A stretch of DNA of 64,000 bases, taken from NCBI GenBank assembly GCA_035506195.1, contig DATJPV010000030.1:22662-86661 (forward strand), written 5' to 3'. Origin of the DNA: Patescibacteria group bacterium (lineage in GTDB: Bacteria > Omnitrophota > Gorgyraeia > Gygaellales > Profunditerraquicolaceae). Both the position numbers and the translations under genes were made by a program. The notes beneath the pieces are model-generated. The model was not told the DNA's origin and did not search any database. It saw nothing but the letters and a program-made list of their open reading frames with translations. Shown in pieces: positions 59,602-64,000 of the stretch (the stretch's first letter is position 1; every line of letters starts with the position of its first letter).

Positions 59602-60291
59602 TTATTTAAGGTTCTCTTGCGGTTCGGAAACCCCTGCCGCCGCAGGAGACGCAGGAACGGATACCGTTTTGTCTGCGTTATTCTTAACCTTGGTCACGCG
59701 AGGCAAAATGACGACCTCAACGCGACGATTGAGTTGGCGGCCTTCCTTGGTATCATTGGTGGCAACCGGCCGGTACTCACCGTAGCCAATCGCCGAAAGC
59801 CGATCCCCGGAAAGTTTACCTGCGTCGGCCAGGTAATGCAGCACGCTTAAGGCCCTGGCAGCGGAAAGCTCCCAGTTCGACTTCCATCCGGAAAATTTGA
59901 TCGGTTGATTATCGGTATGTCCTTCGATACCGACGGAAAACTCCGGCACGTTCTCGCGCAATACGGTAGCGACTTTATCGAGGGTCGGATACGCCTCGGG
60001 TTTTATCTTGGCCTTGCCGGAATCAAACAGGACGTCGGCCACAAAAGTGATCACCAGCCCCTTTTCCATCATTGCCAGGCGCACCTGCTTGTCTTTTATT
60101 TCTTGAGCCAACCGGTCCTGGAGCAAGGCCTGGGTCTGTTTCAGGTCATCCAGTTGGCGGTTGAGCTGTTCGATCTTTTCCGTATCGGAACGCCTGCCTT
60201 TCTGGAAAATAAAAGTGCAGCCCGACAAAAGAAAACTGGCGGATACTAGGCTGACGATGAATACAAAAAGATAAACGGATATGCGTTTCAT
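59602..60291 (-). CDS. OmpA/MotB-family peptidoglycan-binding lipoprotein
   Basis: Lipobox LLSGC; coiled coil; VLFDSGKA, IEGHTDN.PI, NWELSAARA, GYGEYRP, NRRVEV. Confidence 0.92.
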   Translation of the reverse strand: MKRISVYLFVFIVSLVSASFLLSGCTFIFQKGRRSDTEKIEQLNRQLDDLKQTQALLQDRLAQEIKDKQVRLAMMEKGLVITFVADVLFDSGKAKIKPEAYPTLDKVATVLRENVPEFSVGIEGHTDNQPIKFSGWKSNWELSAARALSVLHYLADAGKLSGDRLSAIGYGEYRPVATNDTKEGRQLNRRVEVVILPRVTKVKNNADKTVSVPASPAAAGVSEPQENLK

Positions 60292-60324
60292 ACCGGCACC
60301 CTCCTATTTTTAGGACGGAACTTA

Positions 60325-60353
60325 ACTATAACACAATCAAATACTTTAGTCAA
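60325..60353 (-). promoter_or_regulatory. Sigma70 promoter for the MotB-like/coiled-coil gene pair
   Basis: TTGACT-17-TATAGT with extended -10 TG. Confidence 0.7.
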
Positions 60354-60374
60354 TATTTTTTATGGGATGATCGC

Positions 60375-62905
<2,531 letters not shown>

Positions 62906-62923
62906 GTCTTTGACGTTCTCCTT

Positions 62924-64000
62924 TTAATGTTTGAATATTTTTTTAAGCTCTTCCTTGCTGGGTACCCCCTGCGAAGAGAATACCTCCTGATTGTCCGCAA
63001 GGTATGTCGGCCCGAACAGGATCTTTAATTCCTTATTCAAAGCGGTATTTTCCCGTAGTAGCTGCGCGCCCTCCGGCCCTCTGGCGCAGGTTTTGATCTT
63101 GGCTTCGTCCATCTCTGAGGCGCAATCCTGCCACCAGGAGCTGGTGTTATTTTTGGCCCGGCAGATAATATAATCCCAGAAACGTGACGGGTAATATTTC
63201 TGCACGCAGACAGAACGCAGGTATTCTTCAACCTCAAGGTTGCCGCCTGCGGCGTCAAAAACACCCTTGTCTTCCAGGGCCAGGAAGTGCACGGTCGGCT
63301 CAAGCTCCCGTATCGCGCTCAACAGCGCCTGGGAATCTTTGGCGAATAAATTTATGAACAGGTCTATGGCGCCCTTGCGCTTGGGCCGCTCCAGGAAATA
63401 GGCGATACCGGCAAGCTGCGGCTTAACCATATAATAGTCTCCTTTTATCTCCAGGTTCTCCTGCATCAGGTCGAACGTCTTCTCTTTCACAACCTCTTTG
63501 CCCAGCAAGTACGCCGGCAGCCCCTGGATGCCGAAATCTTTTACCAGCTTGAGGGCCTGCGCATCCGGATAGGTAAGGTACGAAATAACCAGGCCCGGAA
63601 AACGCGACCTCAAGAAATTGATCATGCCTTCCGTCTCGCACACCATGCAGCCCCTGGGTTTGATGATGGTCAAGCCGACCTTGGTAGGCTCGATGAACTG
63701 GCAGCTTGCCTTGATGCTGCCGGCATCCTGGCAGATGCCGACAAGCCCTTCCTTCCCGCAGTTGAGATCGGAAAAACAACGCGGCAAAATCGCCGTTGCG
63801 TCGGGGTCGTTCTCCACGGCGTCGGATAGACGCAGGTCTTCGACCTTGCTATCGATGATCTTTTTATTCTTGACCGTCACCGACACGTAACAGAGCCTGC
63901 GGCCCTGCCATGACGTCTTGGCAATCAAGGTAGCGCCGACCTTGGCGGCCGGCTGTTCGCCGGTAAGCTTGTGGCCGGCAATGATAATGTCGATACCCGG
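62924..64000 (-). CDS. Partial multidomain protein: end of a calcineurin-like metallophosphoesterase (UshA-like) domain, a Cys-rich segment and thioredoxin/GILT-like domains (5' end beyond the window)
   Basis: The frame is open to 64000: PGIDIIIAGH...KVGATLIAKTSWQGRRL, then RCFSDLNC...C...C, PRGCMVC, EVEEYLRSVCVQKYYPSRFWDYIIC. Confidence 0.65.
   Translation of the reverse strand, partial: PGIDIIIAGHKLTGEQPAAKVGATLIAKTSWQGRRLCYVSVTVKNKKIIDSKVEDLRLSDAVENDPDATAILPRCFSDLNCGKEGLVGICQDAGSIKASCQFIEPTKVGLTIIKPRGCMVCETEGMINFLRSRFPGLVISYLTYPDAQALKLVKDFGIQGLPAYLLGKEVVKEKTFDLMQENLEIKGDYYMVKPQLAGIAYFLERPKRKGAIDLFINLFAKDSQALLSAIRELEPTVHFLALEDKGVFDAAGGNLEVEEYLRSVCVQKYYPSRFWDYIICRAKNNTSSWWQDCASEMDEAKIKTCARGPEGAQLLRENTALNKELKILFGPTYLADNQEVFSSQGVPSKEELKKIFKH

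Overview
Gene-dense bacterial core-genome window. All recognisable genes lie on the minus strand except rpmB. The PVC-type L28 (RKGxxKKKGGxG), the gene order and the acetogen-type one-carbon genes suggest an anaerobic PVC-superphylum organism, most likely Candidatus Omnitrophota (inference, no database search). In transcription order (right to left): a partial metallophosphoesterase/thioredoxin-fold fusion, a DRE-TIM synthase (probable Re-citrate synthase), purA, a MotB/OmpA lipoprotein and a coiled-coil gene, DUF4912-GH57, uppS-cdsA-dxr-rseP-ispG-proS-rimP-nusA-infB-trpS-scpA-ruvB-queH-DUF2905-spoIID-queA-tgt-trmD-rplS-rnhB-yraN, a Wood-Ljungdahl block (fhs-fchA-folD-DMT-metF-flavoprotein-acsB), a GT-C gene, a TPR gene, polA, glgA-coaE-rho-rpmE-prfA-prmC-murA-trpG-trpD-trpC-trpF(fused)-trpB-trpA-M16-CNNM, DUF5679-rsfS-argS-recJ, a UvrD-PD-(D/E)XK helicase-nuclease, PAS-mscS-M48, rpsO and pnp (partial). 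I saw no rRNA, tRNA, CRISPR array or transposase. The most unusual observations are: (1) trpF fused in frame to an exported protein that has its own internal SD and ATG; (2) acsB without local acsA/C/D/E, coupled to a degenerate flavoprotein, next to a FolD lacking the cyclohydrolase lysine; (3) an ATA start for rsfS; (4) three structured non-coding elements (a long hairpin at the polA 3' end, a hairpin upstream of rpsO, and a terminator with an alternative fold upstream of DUF4912-GH57).
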